64,000 nucleotides of DNA from NCBI GenBank assembly GCA_905178155.1, contig CAJINV010000003.1:9865979-9929978 (forward strand), read 5' to 3'. Position 1 is the first letter of the stretch; each line of letters starts with the position of its first letter. Shown in pieces: positions 25,228-35,857 of the stretch. Source of the DNA: Amoebophrya sp. A120. Its lineage: Eukaryota; Protista; Dinoflagellata. The translations under genes and the position numbers were made by a program. Under the pieces are notes generated by a model that worked only from the letters and a program-made list of their open reading frames with translations, did not search any database and had not been told where the DNA came from.

Positions 25228-25816
25228 GCAACTGCTTCGGAACGAGGGCTGTGCTTCTCCACGTGATACGCGTGAGGGGAAACAGGCTCACTGACACGAG
25301 ATTCTTCTCGCCTACTTCCGCTCGGCAAATCTCTCCGTCCTCCCGGCGTTCGTTCAGGTTCCGTAGGTCGAGAATTCGCACAAAACCGCTCTTGGCCTTC
25401 AGCCGTCGAAATTCTTCCGCCGACATGTCGCTGCTGTGTAGGTTGGAGCTGCGAAAAAGTTTGCCTGCGGCTAGGCGATCCCCTGTACTGGTGCGGAGCC
25501 GCGACCGCTCCGCCAGCACATCCGCGGCATCCGAGCAGCAAAAATCGCGGAAGTTGGGCGCACTCGCAACCACGTTGCAGGCGTGCCTCGACCCAAAGCG
25601 CGTTTCTAGGTGCGCCTCATCTTTTTTCGCGTTTCGAAGATTTTCCTCTAGGGCATACACCACCACACGCTGCCAGATCGCGCGCCGTTTCTGCCAAAAG
25701 TAGTACCAGACAGCTATCACGCTCACCAGCACGAAGGACAACACACCTTGCAAAAAGATCTTGCTCCGCGGCGCGGCTGGGCCAGCTCCCCAAGAAGGTA
25801 GCGACGACCAAACCAT
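25228..25816 (-). CDS. Tyrosine-phosphatase-family protein, exon 1 (with N-terminal transmembrane segment)
   Basis: PNFRD, GKLFRSSNL and ILDLRNLNER are the N-terminal Y_phosphatase3 motifs. Hydrophobic IFLQGVLSFVLVSVIAVWYYFW. GT donor at 25227. Confidence 0.85.
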
Positions 25817-26760
25817 AGAGCTGGTCACTTGCTTTACTTTTTTCAGGAACTTAAATGCGTAGCACTAGCGATTCCCAGCGAAGAGAGACAAGGCGGGCCA
25901 ACTCTCAACCCGCTAGCCCTTTATTGCTTGTTTGAGTTTTGGTGGGTTCTTCCAAGAATTATCCTTCGGATTGCAAGCTGCCGCATGCGCCCTCATTTCA
26001 CTGGTTCTCAGCGACTCAAAATGCTCGTTTAGACGCTCAGTGCGATCGTCGTGTTTGCACAAGATCAAGGAGCGCTAATCGCTGTACAATCGGTGCGCAA
26101 GGCAATAAATATAGTATACATGACGACGGACATACACCAATGAGGAAATAAGGAGGAAGAAGATCCCTCGCACTTGCAAAGCTGAATGCACAGCGTTAGC
26201 GCTATCTTTACAGGTGGCGCATAATGTCGCAGATCAGCCTTAGGAAATCAGCAGGGAGGCACCGCTCACGAGAGAAAGACTTACTCGGTCAGCGTTATCT
26301 ACTGTTCCTCGTACCAGATGCGCCATGATGCCAATAGGGCATACCTGAATGACGCGACTCGGTGTCGGTGAATCGCGTATGCATTAGATTACGATCATGT
26401 GGCTCAGCGAGTCACGTAAGTAACTGCTCAGTGATGACCTATCTTCAAATGTTTTGCGTGCGCGCTTCTTAAGGTGCGAGGGGAAAATCCTCCCGCATAC
26501 TGTCATCGTCCTAGACATCAAGACAAAAGAAGCAAGCGCATCAATCACACAACGACACAGTCAGTATCAGTAATACGGCAATAATACACGAACATGGCGC
26601 GGCGCTCTCTCCGATGTCGAAAACACTGCGCAAGGAACAGGTATTCAATTGACCGCATACCTGAAGCGCGAGTAACTTCAGCGCAGAAAAGGCAGCCGAA
26701 GTCCCTGATGTGCGCAAAGACAGACGCAATCGACATCATTGCACGGCCTAGAGCTGATGA

Positions 26761-27231
26761 TCTGCGAAGCGAAAGTGCGAAGACGAACCACACAGAGAAG
26801 ACTCAATACCAGTTGAGAACAAAACCCCAAGGGATGTAGTAGGTTTCTCCTTTAGGGATAGCCGTAATGATGAGGCTAATCCCCTAACTACTGGGCAGAT
26901 TCTTAGCGTTCACGGTATGCAATATCACTCAAGGCCTGTACGTATTTGGGTCGTACGTGATTCGAGTCATCAAGGTGGTCACTTTTGGGGTCATTTTGGT
27001 GGTTGACTCCCGTCAGGTTCGTCCCTATGTCTGGACTAGGTCAGGGGCCTAGTTAGGTCGTATTTAGCTACTTGACTCTGGTCAGGTTTGGCACCAAGTA
27101 CCGGGATCATTTAGGTCATTGCTTTCCTTGTGTTTCCTTCAGGATCTCTCTCAAGATTGTAAAGGCAACTTATTGGATCATTGGACAGGAGTGAATCTAC
27201 GCTGCGCGTGGTTCATCATTTATTCGCCATA
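26761..27231 (-). repeat. Copia 3' LTR
   Basis: Direct repeat of 33851-34321. Confidence 0.95.
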
Positions 27232-27245
27232 GTCCCCCTCACTCC
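27232..27245 (-). promoter_or_regulatory. Polypurine tract GGAGTGAGGGGGAC
   Basis: Abuts the 3' LTR on the element strand. Confidence 0.85.
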
Positions 27246-27532
27246 TGACCATGTCCATACTAACAGATAAAACAAAGTACGTCGCTGATATAAAAGTAAG
27301 CAAGGTAGATGGTTGCTGGTGCACTGATATAAAGCGACATAATCTGAATGAGTTTGCAATGCGTAGTTGAAAGCTGTAAAATATTCATCCAGTAAAACTG
27401 TCTTCGTTTGTTTGCTCAAGGCCTTCAAAGTGTCTTCATCTCCGTCGTCAAATCATCCTTCTCGATTCTCGTCCCCCTGTCTCGGTTCCTCGGAACTTGT
27501 CCACCAGCATCCACATCGCTCTGTGTTCGTTT

Positions 27533-28410
27533 TCAATTTTCCAGCACGGCGATGCTGTTGAGTTTCAGGAATTCATAAAATTCGTTTGCGGGACAAACTT
27601 TAGTCAATCCATTCGATCGATTGACTTGCGTACTGTGGTCGAGGGGTTTGATGAACTCGCGTAGAGTCAAGTCCTTGATAAATGCATGTCTGATGTCCAA
27701 ATGTTTCAGCTGAGACTTTACACCGCAAGAGCCTTGGCTGTAAGTAATCGCAAAACTGTTGTCGCATGCAAGAGCAATCGGAAGCAATAGGCTCTGGCTA
27801 CTAAAATACTGACGCCACCAAGTTCGTAGCGAATCCAATACATAGTAGAAACGTAAAGCCATCTTGCTCGCTTCGCTCATGCCATATATTTCAGCTTCGC
27901 TGACACTTGTAGACACTGAATGCCGAGTCACACTGCGCCAAGCAATCGCGCAACCGTTCAGGGTGATGACTGCGCCGCTGTTGGATTTTCGGTCCGAAAA
28001 CGATGCCCAGTCCGAATCGCTCCAAGCCGATAGGACCAGCTTTTCGCCGAAGGTCTCGCGGTTGTTCTTGTACTGCAGTCCGCGACGTGTTCGCAAATAT
28101 CTAAATACACGCCTCAGGGCTGCAATGCTTTCAGCAGTTGCCTCCACCCTGGCGCAAGCTTTTAGCGCTACTACAATATCTAAACGCGTATGAGCTAGGT
28201 GCTGCAGACTGCCAGTCTTTCTTGCTTTAGTTTCAAAAGTTTAGGGTCGTCCTCTGTTGCAGAGTTCGGGGGAGATTCCATTGGTAACGTGACTGATTTT
28301 CCAATATCCCCGCCGAATCTCTCCAGAATCTTCTGCGCAAGCATAGACGTCTTGGCTGAGCAAAATATCGCCGGAGGTAGTACACTCCCACGCCTCAATG
28401 CCCAAAACAT
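27533..28410 (-). pseudogene. Copia RT C-terminus/tether and RNase H, in frameshifted fragments
   Basis: AWSDSDWA..DRKSNSG, SVSEAEIYG, LACDNSFAI, KHLDIRHAFIKD. Confidence 0.9.
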
Positions 28411-29614
28411 CGTAGACGCGGCAGCGTCCCTCGTCGCGTACTACTTCTGGCTCTAGCTTCAAAATTGGCTTCAGTTCATCACGGTACTTCGTGACTTCCT
28501 CCTTCTTCCCGAAAAACCAAAAATTATCAACAAAGACCAAAAGTAAAACCAAACCACGTTGCCACAGGGTGGCCTCGATTGGATTGCGTTTCCAGCTTTG
28601 CTCTTCGAGTTTCGAATCTCGATGACTTTCCCGCGCTTTGCTACTCAAGCGCAGGCCATTCATCGCATCGACTACAACAGCGGAGCGGTAGTTTCGTTCA
28701 GCTTGTAGGCGTGTATCTAAATCGATAATAACTCCATCAGTTGGGTAGGGCGCTTGCAAAAAGGCTGGCGTAGCATCGCTCGGGAATGCGTACAATCCTG
28801 GCGCCTGACACTTAAGTGCTAACAACATGCGCAAAAGGCTAAGATCAGGAATAGAAGCATAAGAATCATACGAAGAAACCTTGTCCATAAATCCAAGGCA
28901 AACAGTTCTGCGCTTGCATCTGCCACAGCGCTTGCGTGACAGAGGCATCTTGCACGGAATTGGTCTGCTCCTTGACTTTTTAAGGGTTGAAAGTTCTTCC
29001 GCGGTCGCTTCTCTAAAAACATGCTTGTGGGCTGTGAGTTCCTTCTCGATAGCTGCACGCCACTCGTCGGTAGACGTGTCAAATTCTTCTTGTTCCTTTG
29101 GTAGGGTTGCAACTTTGAAACAAGTTTCACCCTTTTCCCAGTCTCTAACTATTAAAGGCGCGAGCATAGCAATTAGGGATCTCTCGTCTATGTGGTTAAG
29201 CTCTTCACTATTTCTACACCTTTCTGCAATGTCAGCTGCTAGCGTCTGCAGCTGGCTCTCCTTTAGTTCTCTAGTTTCGGGCTGTGCCCCAACTAGTTCA
29301 CGAATTTGCTTCAGCGTCTTGCCGCGCTCTGCATTTCGCAAATGCCATGCCCCACGTACTGGAAGCGTTTCCTCGTTAGCTAGGATATTCCTAAGCTTCT
29401 CAGCTTCTTCGGCTTTTATCCTATTACACACGGAATCCTTATAATCTTTAGTAAGCCGGAACCTCTTAGAAAGGGCTGCGCCTTCTTCCCCGCCTGAAGC
29501 GGTCGGGGGCTTCACACTGTCGACAGACCCTAGTGGCTGCGACTGCTCCACTGAGCTACTCTTGCCACGCAGGCGAATGGGACTCATCAGGTCGGAGTGC
29601 CTGGCTCTTCTCAT
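28241..29614 (-). pseudogene. Copia reverse transcriptase (RVT_2-type), degenerate
   Basis: EWRAAIEKEL, PIPCK..KRRTVCLGF, SDATPAFLQAP, MNGLRLS, LLVFVDN (YVDD decayed to FVDN). Confidence 0.88.
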
Positions 29615-32070
29615 CAGGTCGCACTGCCTGGATTCCTTTCACATCTTGCCACGCAGGCTCCTTCTGCTCACTAGCAGGCTTCTGCACGCTGGCAGGCTTC
29701 TCCTTGTTACTTCCGGGCCGCACTGGCTGGGCTTCCTCAAGTTTCGAATCGCGTTCGAATTCATCCTGATTGACTTTCGTGGGTCTTGTGCCCTTGCGCC
29801 TGTCCGATGCATCGCCGACGACTTTTATTTTCGCTTCCTCTTCAACAAACTCTCCCACTTGCGGTAGTCTCTGCCCCACGGGCATGCTGTGCGTCTTGTA
29901 TAAGACTTTCAACAACATAGGAGGTAGCAGCATGTCACTAGCTGTCGCGTGCTTTCTAATATGACTAGCATGCGCACGGCGATAGTGGCCGTCGTGATCT
30001 ACTACAAAAGTTACTGAATCTGGGTTGACTTGTCTATGGATTAGAGTCGCTGGACCCATCCACTCCTTCTTATCTTTATCAAAGAACTCTACTAGTTCGC
30101 CTTGTTTAACTTCGTCGGACTCTTTGTAGCAGTTCCTCTGCGTTTCGCGTAGCTTTTTCATTTCGGCCACAAGTTGACTATCAGTTTTGACTTTTTCTAT
30201 CCAGGCGCTAGCCTCGCAACGCATTTGGTAGGCTTCTTTTACTTCTGGGTCTTGCATGAGTACTAACTGCTGGCCGTTCAAATCCTCAGGGCCAGGGGGC
30301 TCCAACTTATGGGGATTGATAACCCACTGAACCCGGTAGGGACATGGGCCATCTAGTGCGCTAGTTGGTGTCATATTGACAGCGTTAGTGGCTTGCTCGA
30401 CTAATTTGGGGATAAGAGTAGTTGTCTGCCCGAATACATAATAGAGCCTGTGAAGAACAGAGCGAAAGACTCTGTGTCTGCGTTCGCAGGTACCATTTAC
30501 CCAAGAGGCTTTAGGGGTTAAGAAAAGTTGGGAGCCATACAACTGACAAAACTGACGAACTTCGGAATTGTCAAACTCCTTGCCTTGGTCGCATACGATG
30601 TTCTTACCAATAACCCCACACGCCTTGAGGCTTTCTAGAAAGTTCTTAGCGTCCTGCATTTTCGGGGCTCGCGTAAGTGTGTGCGTTTTGCTTGCGCGGC
30701 TGTGCAGGTTGATAGCATGCAAAACGGCATGGCTCTTGCCTACGGGCCAAAACGTGTCTAGCGCTACCCAGTCGGATATCGAATTTGAATCGATTCCGCC
30801 GACCTTATTATGGGGAAAGGCCGTGGTCTTCAGGCGTTGTAGATTGTGCTTGCAGAAATGCACAACCCAGCAACGAGCCTGCGGACTGTTGTCCATGGTT
30901 CTAATAATTTCCCAGATTTTCTGAAAGGTAGGTAGAAACAAGTTCGCAGCTACTTCGCATATTTTACTACATGGCAAGCGTCCACACTGAGGCGCGTGCT
31001 CGGTATCTCGCTTGCAAAACTTCTCTGCTGGCATAGTGCGTTCCGGGTGTGGAGAGGCTTTTCGCTTCTTCTTTTTGGGCTTCTTTTTCGACTTTGCTGA
31101 GACAGGCTTAGGCCTATCCTCTACTGCGCTATCGCTTTCACTACTTAACTCCTCTACTTCTGTCTCAGGGGTTGCGCGAGCTGAATGGTTCTGAGTCAAG
31201 TGGCTAGACTGCACCTGTTTACTGTTTTCAACAGGTTCGGAACCCTTCGCGGTCTGGCGCGAGTCAAGTCCGCAAATTTGCTCACTTTTTAAGCTAATCG
31301 CGGCGAGACTCTGGATTTCTTCGCTGCTGATTTCGAACGTTCGGGCCTGAGTAATTAGGGGGCCCGCTGAAACGGTTACTGGCTCATCGAAATAAGCTGC
31401 CACCGTTTTCAGCTTGCTCTTGATCTCATCGCTGACGACAGGGCAGAGCATTACAAGCTGCTTGCCTCGGCTCATTCGACTCCCATTGATGATTTCCGAA
31501 GTGGAAAGATTTTCTACGTCTATCTCGTACCACGCTAGTCTAGCACCACTACCAAAACCAACAAAGCTAGTGAAATGGTCAAAATTAGTGCACCAGAGTG
31601 ACTCCATAAGCTCCTGCGTGTTCGTGACAAAGCACTTTTCCACCGGATTCGCCACCACGTGCATCGGAATCTTGACCGTGGTGCATCCTCCCAGGATATG
31701 CATAGGGAACCTGTTGAAGAAATTCACGTTGTCGATGGATACCGGAAAGCCGTTCTTCCGCAAAAGATCGAGAGACAACAGGGTCTTCGAACCCAGGGAC
31801 TTCACGCAGACCACGTTCTTGAACATGCAACCCGTCGGGCTCCACATGTCTCCGACGGTACGACTTTCGCATAAGCCGTTCGCAGTCGAGAAAGTCAGCT
31901 TCGTATCGGCCGGGCGCAAAGAGCGCAACAAACTTAAGTCGCCACTCATATGCCGGCTCGCACACGAGTCCACCAACAGGATGTAGTCTGCCACATTCGC
32001 ACCGTGGGCAGTTTGTGTCGCAAAACGCTGCAAGTGCTCGGACTTGTTAGCGATTTCAATGCACGGGGGG
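29556..32070 (-). pseudogene. Copia protease and integrase
   Basis: Protease LLVDSCASRHM. Integrase WVALD..IVCDQGKEFDN..NGTCERRHR. C-terminal WMGP module. Confidence 0.9.
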
Positions 32071-33780
32071 GGCTGCCACGTAGTGCCCATAGCCATTTTG
32101 TTGCTGCGGCGGCTGCCACACCTGCTGGACCGGGAAGCTGCTCTGCTGTTGCTGCTGCGGCGGTGGGCACACCTGCTGCTGCTGCGGCTGGTGCGCCTGC
32201 TGCTGCTGCTGTTGCTGCGGCTGTCCGCCTTGGTTATTGTGGTTTCCCTGGTTCTGGTGGTTGTTGCCGTTGGTCGACTTCGTGGTCGTGGCGTACGACC
32301 TGCCATTCTTGTAAATCCCGTCTGCTTCGTCGCGCTTTTTGTCACGGCATTCGGCAATGAAGTGGCCGGAGCGCTTGCAATAATGGCAAACACGGTCGCC
32401 CTTCTTGCCTTTGCCCTTTCCGGTCTTCTGGCCGTGCTTTCCGCCGCCCTTGCCTTTCCTGCCGACGAAGAAAGCTCCTTCAGCGTTTTCACGCTCGGCA
32501 GGGGGCTTCCACTGCGCCTGCGCCTTTGCAATGCTGGTCGCAAGCTCGGAGAGGGTCTTGGGGCGGTCGTTGATAATGGTCTTGCGCACCATTTCCGTAC
32601 AGTTGCGACGGGCAACACGGATCACCTCGCGCGTAGCGATTGCTCCAGCTGGCAAAGCAGAATGCTTTTGCTGGAATTCGCGGAACCACTCGGAAGGCGT
32701 CTGCTTCTTCGGGTCCATAGTGCACTTCCCCAAATCCTCCGCCAAAAGATCCTCGTCGCCATATTCCTCACGGAAAATGTCGCAGATCCGGTCGAGCTTT
32801 TCAGCTGCGCTCCGGATGTCTTTCACCTCGGGCCGCTTGGTGATGGCCCGGTAGGTCCGCAACATGTCGACACAGGAGATCTTGCCCTCGACATTCGCAA
32901 TTGACGTCTTTCGCGTCATGCTTCTCGCCACAAATCTCCAACCATTCCCACATGGGCATCGTGGAACTCTCGGCGAAGTTGGGGACCTTGGTTGGTCAAT
33001 GCGTTTTTGCTGTCCTTCTTGCGCTTTTTCTTCTTCTTCTTTTTCTCACCGTCGTCCTCTCTCCCGCTACTAGAACTGGAATCGGAAGACGAGCTTCCAG
33101 AAGTTGAAGAGGACCGCCTGCGCTTCTTGTCTTTCTTCTTCTTGTTGCGCACCGGGCTGCGATTCTTCTGCTCCTGGACTTTGGCAAGCTGCTCTTCCTT
33201 CTCCTTTTTCGCCTGGGAGAGCTGGTTCTGCAGGTCGGTCCCACTTCATTTGGTTCGCGGCGTTGGCTTGTTCCTGCAGTTGCTGCTTTTCGCGCTCCTT
33301 CTGGAGGCGTTCCTCCTCGGCTTTTTCGCGCTCCGACTCCGCCCTCTCCGCTGCGTCGTTGAGTTGCTTCTGCAGCTCGGCGCGGTCATTCTCGCGCTGT
33401 TCTTCTGCCTGCTGCGCCTGCAGTTTAGCGGCTTCCGCCTGATCCTGCAGCTGCTTGCAGTTGTTCTCGATATTGGTTTTCTCGTTGTCGAGATGCAAGT
33501 AGCTCTGCTCGAGGTTGTGCTTCTGCTGCGCCAAATTCTGCAACTCCTGTTTATTTTTCACGGGTTCCTCACGCTCGGCAACGCCGAGGGTGCTCCCACC
33601 AGTGCTCGGGGTCGGGGGGTTCTTGTTTTTGTCGCCAGGAGGAGTCTGCGGCGCTGTGGTTTCCGGCTGCTGGATGGCAGCCTGCTGCCCTTCGGCTCCG
33701 GTATTCTTGTTTCCGCCGTTCATCCCGCTCTTGTTCTTCTTTTGCTTTTTCCGCTTGCTACTGCCGCTGGTGGTGCTCAT
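32056..33780 (-). pseudogene. Copia gag (coiled coil, K/S-rich linker, CCHC knuckle, poly-Q tail), split by frameshifts
   Basis: ATG 60 bp downstream of the PBS. CHYCKRSGHFIAEC zinc knuckle. Pieces at 33070-33780, 32916-33152 and 32056-32931. Confidence 0.85.
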
Positions 33781-33839
33781 TTTTTACTACTGTGTGGCCG
33801 CTTAGTTAGTTTTCTTAAATGTCGCTTAGAGTGTGTTTT

Positions 33840-33850
33840 GGGCTCATAAC
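33840..33850 (-). promoter_or_regulatory. Primer-binding site GTTATGAGCCC, complementary to the anticodon arm of tRNAiMet (half-tRNA priming)
   Basis: Directly after the 5' LTR. Resembles the Drosophila copia PBS GGTTATGGGCCCAG. Confidence 0.85.
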
Positions 33851-34321
33851 TCTGCGAAGCGAAAGTGCGAAGACGAACCACACAGAGAAGACTCAATACC
33901 AGTTGAGAACAAAACCCACAGGGATGTAGTAGGTTTCTCCTTTAGGGATCGCCGTACTGATGAGGCTAATCCCCTAACTACTGGGCAGATTCTTAGCGTT
34001 CACGGTGTGCAATATAACCCAAGGCCTGTACGTATTTGGGTCGTACGTGATTCGAGTCATCAAGGTGGTCACTTTTGGGGTCATTTTGGTGGTTGACTCC
34101 CGTCAGGTTCGTCCCTATGTCTGGACTAGGTCAGGGGCCTAGTTAGGTCGTATTTAGCTACTTGACTCTGGTCAGGTTTGGCACCAAGTACCGGGATCAT
34201 TTAGGTCATTGCTTTCCTTGTGCTTCCTTCAGGATCTCTCTCAAGATTGTAAAGGCAATTTATTGGATCACTGGACAGGAGTGAATCTACGCTGCGCGTG
34301 GTTCATCATTTATTCGTCATA
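33851..34321 (-). repeat. Copia 5' LTR
   Basis: Direct repeat of 26761-27231. Confidence 0.95.
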
Positions 34322-35158
34322 TGATCTATGATCGAGTCGCGGCGCTTAACTCCCTTCTTTTGTCCACCAAGACTAGCAATCAAAGCGGAGGCAGTGAGGC
34401 CCCTTGCGTTTTCTTCCCTTGACCTGGAAAAACGGCTCAATGCCGGCCGCGCGGCTGGAGGATTCCTTCGATCCCGGCCAAGCCACGACCTTTGCGACTG
34501 GAGTGGCCGACCATTCTTGGCGATGATGTCCTAGAAAACTGAAAGATGTCCTCCCTACATATGGAGGGGGATAGAGTAGAAAGCTTTGGAATGGAAGGGA
34601 TCGAGTAGAAAAGCTAGGAGAGAAAAGCGTGGAATGAGGACTATCCTATCGGAGATGATCTTGAACGTCAAATCAAACGAAATCCCGATAGAATCGCGAT
34701 CGAGTAGAAGGCAGTCAGTTGCTGCGCGACGAAGATGAGGCTCCAGCATTTCGTTTTCCATCCAAAATATTTGGAGAGTTCGGCGGTACGGCTGTGGACG
34801 TATGACACGTCGAGGACTGCCGTGTGTGCGATCACTAGATGCCGCCCTAAGGAAGAGCACACTAAACCGCGCCGATCTTGGCTGTAATACCAACGTCTAC
34901 ACTTTCCGCTGCTCTAAGAGTTTTCTACTAAACGCTCTAGCGCTTTGACGAAAAGCGGGCGGCCTCAACGATCGGAATGATGCCCCGGCCGGTGTGATAG
35001 CCTAGCCGGAAGGGGCACCGAGAACCGCGCAAAAGCCGCAAAAAAGGCGGGCGAGGGTGCGGGGCATCGGCGCAACCGCAGCAAGGAACAGAGGCGGCGG
35101 GAAGGGCAGCCCTCCCCCCTGGCGGCTGTCCCCCAATGCCCCAAACGTTGAGGCGCCG

Positions 35159-35209
35159 GCGTCCACGTTGAAGCGTGACGTTCTAAACGTCACGCTTCAA
35201 CGTGGACGC
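35159..35209. repeat. Perfect hairpin with 24-bp stem and 3-nt loop
   Basis: GCGTCCACGTTGAAGCGTGACGTT-CTA-AACGTCACGCTTCAACGTGGACGC. Confidence 0.92.
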
Positions 35210-35523
35210 AGTGCAGCTTCTGGCTTGTCGACCTACTTCCTTGGTACTTGAGGTCTACTCCTAGACGGAAAGCCGTAGCGTCAACACCATCTCCGTACTT
35301 CAATCATGTGTTCCGTCCGTTATCTTGGTGCTCCTCAGTGTTTGTGGACCTTCCTAATCTTATGGTAAATACGATCCTAGTCCTGTGTCATCGTCTAGAC
35401 CCATCTACAGTCTCGAACTCTCAAAAATATCGGAGCATGTAAGCACTGGCATCAATCCACTTTGTTCTTGGTTGGCGCGCAATAACGTCTGCCCTCTTTT
35501 TCTGCATCTAGAAACGTCTCTCA

Positions 35524-35727
35524 CTATGTGAGTGCGCGAACATGTCGCACGAAACCGCTCTCGCGAACACGCCGAATTTTTTCCGCGAGCATCTCTGCGG
35601 ACTCCTCATCCGGCATTCTCACCTTATGCAACCACCGTAAGTTCCGATACAAAACAGCAAGAAAAATCGCAACTCCCACTGCCCAGTGCGGGACAGTTTC
35701 TAACAGACCCACAAACTCCCTCACCAA
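35524..35727 (-). CDS. Possible exon of a membrane-anchored protein
   Basis: Hydrophobic HWAVGVAIFLAVLY followed by a charged helix, ordinary composition. Other exons are not resolved. Confidence 0.3.
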   Translation of the reverse strand: MVREFVGLLETVPHWAVGVAIFLAVLYRNLRWLHKVRMPDEESAEMLAEKIRRVRESGFVRHVRALT

Positions 35728-35857
35728 ATCAACATGGTCGCCACTGCGTTGTGGTGTCGCGTAGTCGAAAATGCCTGCGAGTGGTGGAGAGAGTCATCAA
35801 CATCAGCATCTATTGGCCACGGAGAGCGGCCATCCGAGACGCAAATCAACGGCGTGA

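Larger units (their letters stand above)
26761..34321 (-). mobile_element. Full-length Ty1/Copia LTR retrotransposon, frameshifted and probably inactive
   Basis: Two 471-bp LTRs with about 11 differences by eye, a PBS, a PPT, and gag-PR-IN-RT-RH domain order. Confidence 0.95.

Noticed and set aside
33955-33990. CTGATGAG in the LTR as a hammerhead ribozyme core
   Set aside because: No stem II followed by GAAA, and the other LTR has ATGATGAG.
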